Positions 51,439 through 64,000 of a stretch of DNA of 64,000 bases are shown here, in pieces. This DNA is from Callorhinchus milii (lineage: Eukaryota): the NCBI RefSeq assembly GCF_018977255.1, contig NW_024704743.1, positions 66,342,001 to 66,406,000 of the forward strand, in the 5' to 3' direction. Every line of letters starts with the position of its first letter. The first letter of the stretch is position 1. The notes beneath the pieces were generated by a model. It searched no databases, had not been told where the DNA came from, and saw nothing but the letters and a program-made list of their open reading frames with translations. Position numbers and translations under genes: made by a program.

Positions 51439-52814
51439 TCATCTGATTCATCTTGATGGATTTGTACATTAAACCTATAGGGCAAGAATAACACAACATG
51501 GTATTTCTGTGTTCATCTGTTGACTGTGTTCAAGTGAATAGTATTTCACCCATCCTCCGGATTCCTTGGAGTCGTCTCTTTGCATCTTCTGATTGAGGCT
51601 TCCTGTGCCGTCACCCTATTTTAGAAGTTTACAAGCAGCTTAAATTTGATCACAAATACTGCAGTATTCTTTTATATAATAGAACTTTGCTTTCATTAGT
51701 CTTTCCAAACTTCCTCTTTCTCTATAGTGGAAATATAGAAGTTCTCTTTTTGTTACATTTCTTCTTCTGGATCTCAATCTCTGAATCTACCATTTGTTTT
51801 GCACTCATTAATGACTTATTGTGTATTGTAGATATATATGTAAAAACTACTTTATGTAAAACTCCTTACCCTTGTGTAGTTTATGTCATATGGAAACATC
51901 AAGGTCATTTTTTCTGGTGTCTTGACCAATGATTCATTCATTTTATGGTTGGCTGTACGACATTGCTGCGTGCAAATTGGTTGTCGTGTTCGCCTACAAG
52001 TTTAGTCATTGCATTTTACAACAAATCCCATGAAACACTTTGAGCCCTTTCAGCAATGTAATGTGGTGTATCAACTGAAAGGATTATTATTATTATTATT
52101 AGGTGAAGCTGGCCAGAATGGGAATTTCCCCATAACAATCGTGCATTGCCAAAGGTGTTTTTTGTAACAGAATTGGAGCGCAAAAGATACATAAAAAGGC
52201 ACAGGATAGAATCCTGAAAATCTCTTTTGAAATCAATAGATTAAAATAGAGGCTACAATATGTTCCCTTCAGAGTGTGCCGAAAGATCCACTTGAATTTT
52301 ATACAGGTAGAGCCAGGCTTCTTAGTGCTGTTTGGTCACTTTGACCTGGTTAGCACTAATAAATTATTAAATAAAACATAAAGTAGATTTGGACTGTCAG
52401 TCTTTATGGCCAAATTTTTTTTGGACTGATACAGACTGGAGTAGCTGATTCTGAAAGTCCATGGGCTTCAGCTCAACATAAAGTTACCTTATGAAAATTG
52501 TTTTGGATCACTACTCATATCAGCAGAGCCAGCTACACACAGTTTATTTCCTTCAATTCTTCCCTTCACATGATTTTAAGAAGTGACCAGGCCAACAGAA
52601 ACTATAACTTTGTTTTCTAAAATGGTGAAAGGAGATCTGATTCACTGATTATTTTACATACTGACTCTAGGGTGAAGATTTGATGTGGTTGTATGTGTTA
52701 AGAAACATTGCATTTTGCTTACTATTAATCCTCTTTAGATTAGCATCTGCTTCAATGTGGACAGTCTTTGCATCAACACCATGGGTTAGATATGGATAAG
52801 TGGTATCTCTGGTG

Positions 52815-53115
52815 CTCAGCCTGCTTCAATAGCACTCACGGTTCTGAGTCAAAAGGTTGTAGGCTTTGAATTTACAATCTAGGCTGACACTCTAGTGCAG
52901 TGTTGGGGGAGTACTGTACTGTTGGAGGCGCCGTCCTTCAGGGAGATGTAAAACCAAAGTCCAATCTGCCTGTTCAGGTGGACTTTGACAATATTCAAAA
53001 AGAGGAGTTTCTCCCGGTATCTTGGCCAACATTTCCCCAGATAAAATTGGTCATTCGTTTCAAGGCTATTTGTGGGACATTGCTGAGCACAAATTAGCTG
53101 CCATATTCACCTACA
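52815..53115 (+). mobile_element. SINE family B
   Basis: Head, TCTAGGCTGACAC and core. Confidence 0.8.
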
Positions 53116-53384
53116 GTAATTTGGTATACAAGTAGTTTAGTTGTCAATCAATGTGATTCAACTGGTCCAATTCCCAGCACACTACAATGCCATTCGCATC
53201 TGATGGGGATGAATGCACCCATCTACCTTCAGTACCTCATGCTGTAAGCCAAGATGGTGGGATCAATATTGTGTGGGCACAGATTAACATTCTTTCATTT
53301 AATGTCACAGGGTGTAACTCCACTACCCCAGTTGCCCAAAAATACATTAGGGTTTAAGAAAATTCAAGCATACCACAGAATGTG

Positions 53385-53755
53385 TCTCAGCCTTGCTCCT
53401 TTGGTAGAACTTTCACCTGTAGTTAGAAGCTTATGGGTTCAAGCCCCACTCCAGGCCTTTGAGCTCATAGTCTAGACCAACATTCCAGTGTAGTGCAGGA
53501 GGTATTGGTGAATTGTCAGATAATCCATCCTTTGGATAAGGCATTAACCAAGGTCCCATCTAGCCATTGACATTAAAGAGCTCATGAAACTATTTGAAAA
53601 GAAAAAAGAGTTTCTCCCAATGTCCTGTCCAACAATGACCCAGGTAAAGTTGATCATTCACTTCCTGATTGTTTGTGGGATATCGTCTTGTGCAAATGTT
53701 TGTTTGTCTAAACATACACAGTCAGTACACTTTACCAAAAACTCTGAAGTTTAGG
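53385..53755 (+). mobile_element. SINE family B; its tail resumes at ~54890-54910 after an L2 insert
   Basis: Head and body, with TATCAAATACAAGGATTATTA after the L2 tail. Confidence 0.75.
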
Positions 53756-53757
53756 TG

Positions 53758-54889
53758 CTATTTTGTCTCCACAAACGGCTTCTCCTCCAGCCCCTGCACA
53801 GTCTTATGTGGCATTCCTCAGGGCTCTGTACTTGGTCCCCTCCTCTTCAACATGTACATGCTCCCTCTTGGTGACATCATCCGCAGACATGGGGTCAACT
53901 TTCACATGTATGCGGATGACACCCAACTGTACCTCTCTGCCTCCACCCTCGACTCCAGGACCACTGCTGTCCTGACAGAATATCTGTCACACATCAAGTC
54001 CTGGATGAGAGCGAACTTTCTACAGTTGAATGTCAACAAGACCCAAGCTCTCCTGATTAGCTCCAGTCAGTGCTTCCATACCTCAGGCACTGACAGCATC
54101 ACCATCCATGGATGGACACTCTATCTCAGTGAGCCAGTCTGGAACCTTGGCATCTTGTTGGACCCTCAACTATCTTTTCTACCCCACATCCATGCCATTA
54201 CCCACTCTGCCTTCCTCTACCTCCGCAAAATCGCCAGCTCCACCACATTCTCATTCATTCATTCATTCATTCATCACATCTAGGCTCAAACTACACAAAC
54301 TCCCTGCTCATTGGTCTTCCCAACTCTTCCCTCCACAAGCTGCAGATCATCCAGAACTCTGCAGTTCATGTCCTCTCCCGCACTGTTCTCTGTGACTACA
54401 TCATCCTCACTCTCTCCCCCACCCTTGTGAAGGAATCCACTGGCTCCCCATCCCTCAGAGGATCGAGTTCAAAATCCTCGTCTTCACTTTCAACACCCTC
54501 CATGGCCTTCCCTTTCCTACCTCTGCAACCTGCAAACCCCTTATCAACCTGTCCGCCCCCTCCTGTCAGCAGGCTCCGGCCTGCTCCACGTACCCAGCCC
54601 AGCCCGTCCCACCATCAATGGTTGGGCCTTCAGTCTTTCTGTCCCCACCATTTGGAACTCCATCCCACATTCCTTTCACCTCGTTCCCTCCCTTGCCTCC
54701 TTCAAGGTGCGTCTCAAGACCCTCCACTTTGACTGTGCCTATGGCTATCCTCCTACCCTCCCTACCCTTAACCCCATCTGATTCCAAACCCCCACTCACC
54801 CCTGCTCAGGTGCAAATCTCTGACCGTCCAGCGCCTTGGGATGTCCTCCCAATGTGAAAGGCGCTCTACAATTCTAATTTTGTATTGTT
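53758..54889 (+). mobile_element. L2-clade LINE RT-to-3'-end fragment
   Basis: [36 protein letters not shown] and WM..NFLQLN..KT motifs, plus tail. Confidence 0.93.
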
Positions 54890-56732
54890 TATCAAATACA
54901 AGGATTATTATTTGTTTTAATACCATAGTTATTTATTATGTTTAAGATGACAGCTTAATCATAAATTCTTATCAATTATTGTCAATCTACCTTTTCATTT
55001 TTAATTAGCATGTGCCTGTTATTTTCTTCTTATTTATAGCCTCCACCTTACACCTATACATATCTGCAACTTTATGTCTTCACAACTCGGATGCCAAGGA
55101 AGTCTAGGCTGCTGGGTATTCCATACCCATTTCCATTGCTATTCCACATCATTTAACATGCAGTGCTTCTTTGTGGAAACAGGACAGGTTGCCCAGTTGG
55201 TCTTAAAGGATACCTAGAGAGAACAGTCTATATGATAAGTAACCTTCACCCCAAAAGTTTACTTTATGGCTGTTTGTGGGACATTGCTGCATGAAAATTA
55301 GTTGCCATGTTCTCCATAAGTCACTCCACTTCACAGTAAACCTATGAAGTGCTTTGGGACGTCTTCCCAACATGAACAGTGCTTTACCAAGTGCAAGGAT
55401 TATTATTATTATTAATAATTATAATTAATTATTCCCAATAGACACTAAAACACACACGCTGTGAATAGATGAGTCCCAAAGCCCAGTCAATGTTTGTATT
55501 CAAAACCAATCCTCTCAACAGAACTACAGGACTCCAGCCGCAAAACTTCCTGCTGGTAAGCTGCTTTGATAGATTTTAAGTGTTAAAAAACAAAAATGGT
55601 TGTTTTATCTTAAAAAGAGCCCCAGTCAGGTGGAAAAACTAGCAAATTGGTAGATTGAGCACATTATAAGAGCATTGAGAGCATCTCATCATCTAGTCTA
55701 TCTCTTTCATTGTTGCCCTTCCCTATCCCAGCAGCTGTGGAATCTCAACAAGCATATTCATAGATTCCTTGCTGAGTAATTAGCTGAAGATATGACCCCC
55801 CGAAGAGGAAGGCATGGTTAACTTGTATTACTTTGCAAGGGATTGCTAGAAATCATTAAATCACATTCTGTAAAAAATATTTGACAATTGAAACTATAAA
55901 AGAAATATAAGGACATTTCAGAAGCATGGAATTATCCATATTTCCTTCATAACGAACAGTATGTTGGAAAAATTTCAAAGATGCAATCAAAATAAGATTT
56001 TCCAAATAGTCCACCCAATTATTGCAAAAAATTAGAATGGATTTCATAACTATTATTAATTTAAATATCTCCAAATGGGCACTGAATAGGTTTAATTTTC
56101 TACCATCTTTTGAAACAAAATATTAGACTGCAGATAAAATATTGAGCTTAAAAGGCAGCTGCAGGATGGAATGTGTAGACACTGCCAATACCAATTGGGA
56201 TCTAATTCGTTTGGACCGGATTAGCACAGATCTACTCCAAGCAAAGGAAAGGCTTTTGGTGTGATTACTGATCTTTCACTGAATATTTCCAGTCAACATA
56301 ACGCTGATGTTATCAAAGTTAATCAAATACCAATTTGCTAATTGCATGGATTTGGATACAAGTCATTAAATGAAGTTAGTTTGTCGAGCATTTTATTGAT
56401 CAATGTTAGTATCTGGTTGGAGTATTGGAGAATATTGGGACAATTAGAGAATATAGACTGAAATTAAACAAATTCTATGGGATACTCCATAGATTCGGTG
56501 CTGCTAGAACAAGTAATCATAAATCTTGTCGATGGAGGGAGGGAGACTAGCTCTGAATACTGGAGATGTTGGGATTAATGAATACTATGGGATTTTTCTT
56601 GAATGGTTTAAGGGTCAGGAAGTATCTCAGAAACTTTCTCCAAGAGATCGAATGGGTGAATGTGAGGTCCTCATAGGGCGATATTCATCTGTAGATTTAT
56701 TTTCAAAAGCTGACTAATCAGTACTCTGAACT

Positions 56733-57093
56733 AATAATATATACCTTGTGTTTGATATAGTGTCTTATCATGTCTTAGAAATGTCTCAAAGTTTGGATTT
56801 GCTGTAGAGTAGAAGGCATGCTTATCTGTCAGCAAATACAATGGTCAATTTTGCTATATACCAACATCTCACAAACAGCCATGAAGTGAATGACCAATTC
56901 TATTTGGTGGAATGTTTCCTAAGATACTAGGGGAAGTTCCCTTTTTGAATAGGTCCATAGATCTTTAGTGATACCTGACCTCAGTTTAATGTCTCATTGG
57001 AAAGATGGGACCCCCAACAATACAATGCTTTCCACTGACACTAGAGTGTCTAATTAGATTATAACAAAACGTCCCGCCATGGGCCTTGAACAC
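56733..57093 (-). mobile_element. SINE family B; its head continues at ~58060-58116
   Basis: Split by an L2 insertion, with TTGAA at both junctions. Confidence 0.75.
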
Positions 57094-57097
57094 GGGG

Positions 57098-58060
57098 CCA
57101 TGGGGTCAACTTCCACATGTATGCAGGTGACACCCAATTCCATCTCTCTGCCTCCACCCTCAAGAACACTGCTCTCCTGCCTGTCATCAAATCCTGGATG
57201 AGAGCTAATTTTCTCCCGTTGAATATCAACATGACTGAAGCCCTCCCGATTGGCTCCCGTGAATGCCTCCACAACTCAGGCAGGATCACCATCCAAGGAT
57301 TCACACTCCACCTCATTAAGTTAGTCCAGAACCTTCGCATCTTGTTTGACCCTCAAGTGTCCTTTCTACCCTACATCATTGCCATGACCCATTCTGCCTT
57401 CTCCCACCTCTGCAACATAGCCTGGCTTCGCCAATGCCTCACCCCTCAGGCTGTTAACACCCTCAACCACACATTCATCACATCTAGGCTCAACTATGTT
57501 AACTCTTTGCTTGTCAGCCTTCCCAAGTCTTCCCTCCACAAACTGCAGATCATTCAGATCTCTGCAGCTTGTGTCCTTTCCCGCACCAGGCTCTGTGATC
57601 CAATCACCCCAATCCTCGCCGGCTCCACTGGCTTCCCATCCCCCAGAGGATAGAGTTCAAAATCCTCATCCTCGTCTTCAAAGCCCTCCATGGCATTGCA
57701 CCTTCGTACCTCTGTGACATGCTAACTCCATATTGATCTGTCCACTCCCTCTGCTTAGCAGGCTCCGACGTCCTCCACTTCCCCTGACCAGCCCACCCCA
57801 CCATCGGTGATCGGGGCTTCAGCCTCTCTGTTCCCATCCTTTGAAAGTCCATCCCACAGTCCCTTCACCTGGCTCCCTCACTTGCCTACTTCAATGCCCA
57901 TCTCAAGTCCCTCCTCTTCAACTGTGCCTTCGGTCACCCTTCTATCCCTATCCTCTCCGCTCTCCACACCTCCTGATTGGGTTCAGATTGCCCAACACCT
58001 TGGGACATCCTCCGGACGAGAAAGGCACCATAAAAATGCAATTATTGTTGTTATTATTGA
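57098..58060 (+). mobile_element. L2-clade LINE RT-to-3'-end fragment
   Basis: [24 protein letters not shown] and FITSRL.Y.NSLL motifs, plus tail. Confidence 0.9.
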
Positions 58061-58957
58061 AGTTACTATCTTCTGATTCAGAGGAAGGAGTGTTACAAGC
58101 TGAGCCAGGCTGACACCTTGAGTTAAGTAATAATGTAGCTTCTACAGTAATTCTTTATTCAGTACAAAGTTACTTCAAACTGTTCTTAGACAAACAGTTT
58201 GAAATAACTTTCTCTTGGCAATCCATCCCACAGTCTCTCCGCCTCGCTACCTTCCTTGCCTCCTTCAAGACCTGTCCAAATAAGGAGGAGGAGGCAGAGG
58301 GAACCCTGGTCGCAGATGGACAAAATGTCATTTGTCACTTTGACCGGGGCTGTTTCTGTGCTTTGGGTGGCATGGAAACCCAATTAGAGGGGTTCGTGAA
58401 GGGAATAGCAGGAGAGGAAGAAGCAAAGCTGGGAAGCAAAAACTCGTTCCAGGACCTTGGAGAGGAAAGGGAGGTTGGGGGTGGGATGGTAATTTGGGAG
58501 TAGAGATGGATCCAGGGAGGTTTTTTCAGGACAGGAGTGATGATGGCGGTTTTTAATTGGGTGGGAACAGTACCAGTGGACAGTGAGATGTTTGTGATGT
58601 CTGTGAATAGAGGGGCAAGAAGGTGGAGCTGGGAGATAAGGAAAGGGGTACGTATGGGGTCAAGGGAGCAGGTGGTCGGTTTCATGCGGATTATGATGGT
58701 GATGAGAGAGGAGTGGGACACAGGTTCGAAGGTGTGGAGGGTGGATGGGTAGGGGCTGGTGTGGGAGGAGGAGATTGGGAGGGTGCAGCAGATGCAGTGG
58801 CAGAGGCCGCTGAGCTGATCCCATCAATTTTGGATTCGAGGAAGTCCAGCATCACTCGCATTTGGCATTTGAGATGAGGATGGGCGAGGCATGAGAGGGT
58901 AGGTAGAGGAGCCGGTTCGTGATGGAGTAGAGGAGCCTAGGACTGTCCTTGGCCTCC

Positions 58958-59763
58958 AACAACAACAAGATTCCATTTATAAAGCGCCTTTCACGTCAGG
59001 AGGACGTCCCAAGGCGCTGCACAGTTGGGTCATGACCTGAGCAGGGGGGAAATGGTCAGGGTGAGGGGAGGGAAGGGAGGGAGCGAGGAGGGGGGAAATG
59101 GTCAGGGTGAGGGGAGGGAAGGGAGGGAGCGAGGAGGGGGAAGAGAGTCGAGAGGGGAGCTGAAGGCTCGGTCAAAGAGAAAGGTTTTGAGACCGGCCTT
59201 GAAGGAGGAAAGGGAGGAGGCGGCGAAGGCACTGGGGGATAGAGTTCCAGAGCCTCGGGGCTGAGAGGCTGAAGGCCCGACCACCGATGGTAGGGCGGTT
59301 GGGGCGGGGGACGTGGAGCAGACCGGAGCCGGAGGAACGGAGGGTACGGGCAGGTAGGTAGGGTGATAGTAGGTTGGAGAGGCAGGAGGGAGCAAGGCCG
59401 TGAATGGCCTTGTAGGTGAGGATGAGGATCTTGAAATCAATCCTCTGGGGGATGGGGAGCCAGTGGAGGCGAGCGAGGGTGGGTGTGATGTGGTCCCGAA
59501 GCCTGGTGCGGGACAGTACACGAGCTGCAGAGTTCTGAATGACCTGCAGCTTGTGGAGGGAGGTGGCGGGAAGGCCGGTGAGGAGAGAGTTCCCATAGTC
59601 CAGCCTTGAGGTGATAAAAGCGTGGACCAGAGTTTCAGCAGCGTGAGCGGTGAGGTAGTGCCGTAGTCTGGCGATGTTCCGGAGGTGATGGAAGGCGGTG
59701 CCAGTTGTGGTGCGGATGCGAGGGAGAAAGGACAGCTCAGGGTCGAACAAAACGCCGAGGTTG
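58958..59763 (-). mobile_element. Young L2-clade LINE 3' fragment
   Basis: ORF 59172-59750 is open and CpG-rich (FHHLRNIARLR...ETLVHAFITSRLDYGNSLL...LHWLPI.QRIDFKIL). (TTG)n tail. Confidence 0.95.
59043..59140. repeat. Perfect 46-bp tandem duplication, G-rich
   Basis: AGGGGGGAAATGGTCAGGGTGAGGGGAGGGAAGGGAGGGAGCGAGG at 59043-59088 and 59089-59134. Confidence 0.95.
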
Positions 59764-62139
59764 TCTTGGAGTAGAACAACGATTTATGGAGGCGAGGGCA
59801 GAGTGGTAAAATTTGATAAAGTCCAGCCAGATCTGCTGATGGACAGTTAAGTTTGATTTAAGTCAGGTGCGCTCAGCAGCACGCACCTGTGCTTTAAAGG
59901 ACTTATGTGAATAGGAGATGGTTTGGGAAGAGTGGGGAGCAAGGGAATTGAGAGTGGAGGAAAGGGAGCTGTGGAGAAGAGTGACCAGGGAGGATAAGTC
60001 ATTGCGGGAGGAAGCCCAGAGGGGAAGGAGGCCAGGTGACTCCAAGGCAGTCGAGTGGTGGGGTGGGGGAGATTTTTTCCAGTAACGGTAGGAGATGGAG
60101 GTGGGGTGGGTGGCAGTGGGGAGAGGGATTGAGGAGTTAAGGGAGATGAAGTGTTGGTCCGAGATTGCTTTGTCGATGATAGTGAGGTCTTAGATGATGA
60201 GAAGTCAGCAGAGGTAAAGCAGGAGGGGATGAAGTGAAGGTTGAAGTCTCCTAGGATGAGGAAGCGTTCGGAGCAGATGGAGAGGGAAGATCAGAGGTTG
60301 GAGATGGCGGGGATGAAGGTGGGGGAGGGCCGGGGGGGATAAGGAGAATTTTGAGCGAAAGGTTGGAGGGGTGATAAAGGATAAGGTGCTCAAAGGAGGG
60401 GAAGATTCCAGAGGAGTAAAGGGATAGGCCGAGCGAGGACCGGGAGATGAGAGCCATACCGCCACCATGGCGGTTATGTCGTGGGGTATGATGGAAGGTG
60501 TAGCCGGGTGGTGTGGCCTCTATCAGGGGAAAGGTGTCACCTGGAATGACCCAAGTTTCAGTGAGGGCGAGACAGTTGATGTTTTCATCTTTGATGAGGT
60601 CTTGAATGGTAAGTGTTTTGTTGGAAAGGGAGCGGACATTTGTAGGCCGATGTGGAGGGGACAGTAGGTGACGGAATGTGGGTGGTGCGAGTGGGGGGAG
60701 GGAGCGGACTGACAGGGAGGGTGGGAATGTGGATGAGGGAGGAAAGGTTGGCCCCCGTGGTCAGGGACCGATGGACCTTGTGGCGAGAATGGGGGATACA
60801 GCAGTCATAGTGGGGTCTGCCATGGTGGGCCCAATGGAGGATTTGCAGGCTGGAACACAGGGAGGCAGTGGGACAGTCGAGCAGGAATAGGAGTCGGGGA
60901 GGGCAGTGGGAAAAGAGGACCGAGCGGGAGTAGTGGAGGGTAGAGGACAGGGGTGGGAGCATTTTGGGAAAGCAGCTCAGGTCAGTTGCGGCAGCCAAAA
61001 TGCACACACTGAGTCTAAGAGCGAACGGGGGGGGGGGGGGCACTATTATTTGAATGGAAGGAAATAATATGTATGGAAAATGAATAGGACCTGGGGGTCC
61101 TAATTGACAATAAACTGAAGCTCTCCCAACTATACTCTGTGGCGATGAGTAAAACAAATCAGATGGCTTGCTATTGATCTTTTAATGCATCCTACTATCT
61201 GGTTTGCTTTACTTACTGCCACAGAGCATAGCTGGGAGAGCTTCAATTTATTGTCAACAGACGGGAAACCTTTGCACTGAAAACACTGGCAAGAAATTCA
61301 GTTACCCAGGAATAAAAAAAATCATTAAAATAGTGCAAACATGCCCATAGTCTCTACTCCCAAATCTCCCACATAGCCTTGATTGGGAGTAATCAAAGGA
61401 ATTGAGACTGAAGTTGTGGAAATTCTCTTACCTCTTAGGTATAATGTCAATTCTTACATTGCCGCATTTGTAACCACTAAAATCTCTTATGTTTTTGCGA
61501 AGAAGACAAATCATCCAGCGAAAAAGCTGAGAATGGTAACAAAGGTCTGCCCAGTTCTCAGTTGCTGCAGACATGTGAAGGTGTTTGCTAAACTCCACTC
61601 AGATATCAATTGATGTTGATCTCCTTCCAATCACCAAGTGTTCTTCTGCTTCATGAAAGATGAAATCAAGACAGGTTTCTGACCAAAGTTACAGAGGATC
61701 AATCTCAATTACAGCCCAGTCTTGCAAACCCCAGTATTTCTATGGTTTACAATACTGGGAAGGTCCAGCCCATAGCTCATGGTCCTAGCTATCACCCACA
61801 AACAATAGACTTCAACCAGCAAACTCCTGATCTCTAAGTTATAGCTCTATCTGGTAGGGGCTTCCTCATTGTTTTCATTTTCATATTATGTTATGTGTTT
61901 TATACAACACAACAAAGAATGAAAAGGAATTGTTTATTTGAGCTGCAGACTTCTACATTTAGGCAGCCAAGGAATGGGTGTACAGATCCTTTCAGTCTGT
62001 TTCGTTCACTTGAGTCCAAACTTAATTGAAACTCAAACTCTTACTTAACGGATGATCTACTCGTTTGCTTAGATGCAAAACGTGAGATTACTAGGGATCA
62101 TCAAAAAATTCACATATCAAATAATTTGACATTACACTA

Positions 62140-62422
62140 CCCAACTGAGAAACAAAATGATTTGAGAAAATGGGGACATGGGTTTAGAGCTGAATGGGCC
62201 AATTTCAGGACAGGTGCCAGGACATATTTCTTCATTCAGAATATAATTAACAATTGGAACAAGTTACCAGTAAGTATGGTTGAGGCCAGGTTGCTCAATT
62301 TGTTTTTTGTTAAAATGATTTGATGCTGTGATGGGCTGATAGGAAGATGGGTATTCTAGAAGGGAGAGATCAAATGGCTCAAAGTGACTTCTTTATCCAG
62401 CCGATCTTATCATCTTGTGATT
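62140..62422 (+). mobile_element. CR1-clade LINE 3' fragment, old
   Basis: FR...R.YFF.Q..IN.WN.LP...VEA motif in ORF 62126-62323. Confidence 0.7.
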
Positions 62423-64000
62423 CAGGCGTATTTGAATAGGCAGATTCAGGCCCCAATCCCTTTCATGCACTGCACACTCATTGAGATGTGCTTCAATAGC
62501 CTCAGATTTATGTACTTTTCCAATGCTTCTTGTAAACAGTAAAAGGTTGAATACAGCTTACATTTGTATGTTGTAAAGGGTTCAAGGAGGGCAATAGGAA
62601 TGCCAGCATTTAATGAGAGCAATAAATCAATTACTCCAAATATCTCCTGAAATATTTTAAATGAACATTTATGACTGTAATTTTACAGGATATCTTAAAA
62701 ATATTTCTACATATGCAGATACAAGAAAAATTGTGTCCAAACTGTTTTTGTTTAATTTTTCATAAGACCGAGAAGAAATTATAATAGTGCAAACACTCAG
62801 TATAAAAGTTGTAATTAGAAATTTACATTCACATTAAACATTTCCATCATATTATCCACTTTTAACATAAAAGGTAGGACAAATATTTGATTCTTTAGGT
62901 CATTCTTACAGTTTCAAAAGAGACTGAAAGATATTCTACAATATTCAATATGTACATAAAAATAGACCCGTATTTAATATGGAAAACTTGGCTAACTGGT
63001 TACTTTTAAAAAAAAATAGAAACACTTAGCAGTTTGTGTTTGTATGTGAACAAAAATACTTAAAAGGAATATTTTTGCAAAACATTTGATATAACCATGA
63101 GGCCACAATGATTAAAAAACCTAACAGCCCCCAGCCTGCTTTTCCCACCTTTTGAGCTGCGGTATTCATCAATGTAGACCATATATTGAAACTATCAGCA
63201 AATGAATGCTGCAGAACAAGCCCATTAACCATCCTTTGAATCTTTGCAAAATGTTCTACACCTATTCTTACAATTGACATTTATTGCTACTGAGTATTAG
63301 TTATGGCCCCTAGGAAAATAAATGGCAGCGAAAGGTTTTCACCATTCCAGGAAGTGCTTTGTCACTGTAATCTGCCTATATCTCTCTGGCAAAGATTAGC
63401 TATAATGAATGGGAGTTCTGTAGTTTTGATATATGATGGGTTTGAATTAAGGTCAGCAAAAAGAATACTGCAATTTATAAAGCAATGTCGATGGTCATGC
63501 TTATACCAAGAAAACGTCATTATAAAAATTAACTACGTCATCTGACATGTGCTTTTTATATACCATACGCATTTCATACTGCATAATTAATAATGGTATT
63601 TACAGGAATTACATACAATAAATTCTTGCAGAGAATTATATGAAAAAGGCAGACTTTGAAAATGCTATGCGTTTAAAAAATAAATTAAATAAGGCAATAG
63701 TACACAATTTTGACAATTTGTGAAACCAAGGAATGGCCAACGATATAAATATGAGTACGAATTCTCATAATAAAAGCAGTCATGTGATAAATGCAGTGGC
63801 TGAATACATCTAGAAAACATGCAGAAATTTAAAATGCACAAATTCTAGTTATAGTTCATTAAGACTTCTAAAATTATTTTCATTTTACATAGAAAGATAT
63901 CCGTCTTTGCCAGAAATATGGTTCTTTACTTCTTCCAACAGATAGTTAGCCCTTTTGTTTGCCGTTCCAAGAATATTATATTGTGACACCCAAAGTTTTG

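Larger units (their letters stand above)
58285..61020 (-). mobile_element. Older L2-clade LINE (endonuclease to start of RT) hosting a nested younger L2
   Basis: GGMALI / SFEHL / ILGDFN / SDQHFI endonuclease remnants, YSK..LEAKDSPRLL, KPTTCSLDPI, AIITPVLKKP and STETA.VKVTNDI. Confidence 0.85.

Noticed and set aside
53669..54283. RT-containing ORFs as functional genes
   Set aside because: All are truncated, frameshifted LINE remnants; there is no intact ORF2 in the window.
3558..58116. Recurrent near-identical motifs as a CRISPR-like array
   Set aside because: They are dispersed SINE/LINE copies in both orientations in eukaryotic DNA, with no repeat-spacer periodicity.

Overview
This is AT-rich, CpG-depleted vertebrate genomic DNA. 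The repeat landscape suggests a cartilaginous fish, possibly a chimaera (inference). The only host gene I can support is the first coding exon of an insulin-like growth factor-binding protein, most likely IGFBP1. It lies on the minus strand (ATG at 33619, phase-1 GT donor after 33253), with a TATA box and HNF1/FOX-like motifs just upstream. I could not find exons 2-4 in the 33 kb downstream. Most of the window is interspersed repeats: L2-clade LINE fragments with (GTT)n tails, CR1-clade LINE fragments, two tRNA-headed DeuSINE-type families sharing a body and an L2-derived tail, two further unclassified dispersed repeats, and hAT-type MITEs. The most interesting non-coding signal is two short fold-back insertions (19202-19552, 47116-47361), each bounded by an exact 14-15 bp target-site duplication. 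Each arm carries a minimal hammerhead-ribozyme motif, intact in three of the four arms, typical of Penelope-like element termini. Repeat boundaries were read by eye and are approximate unless stated as exact.
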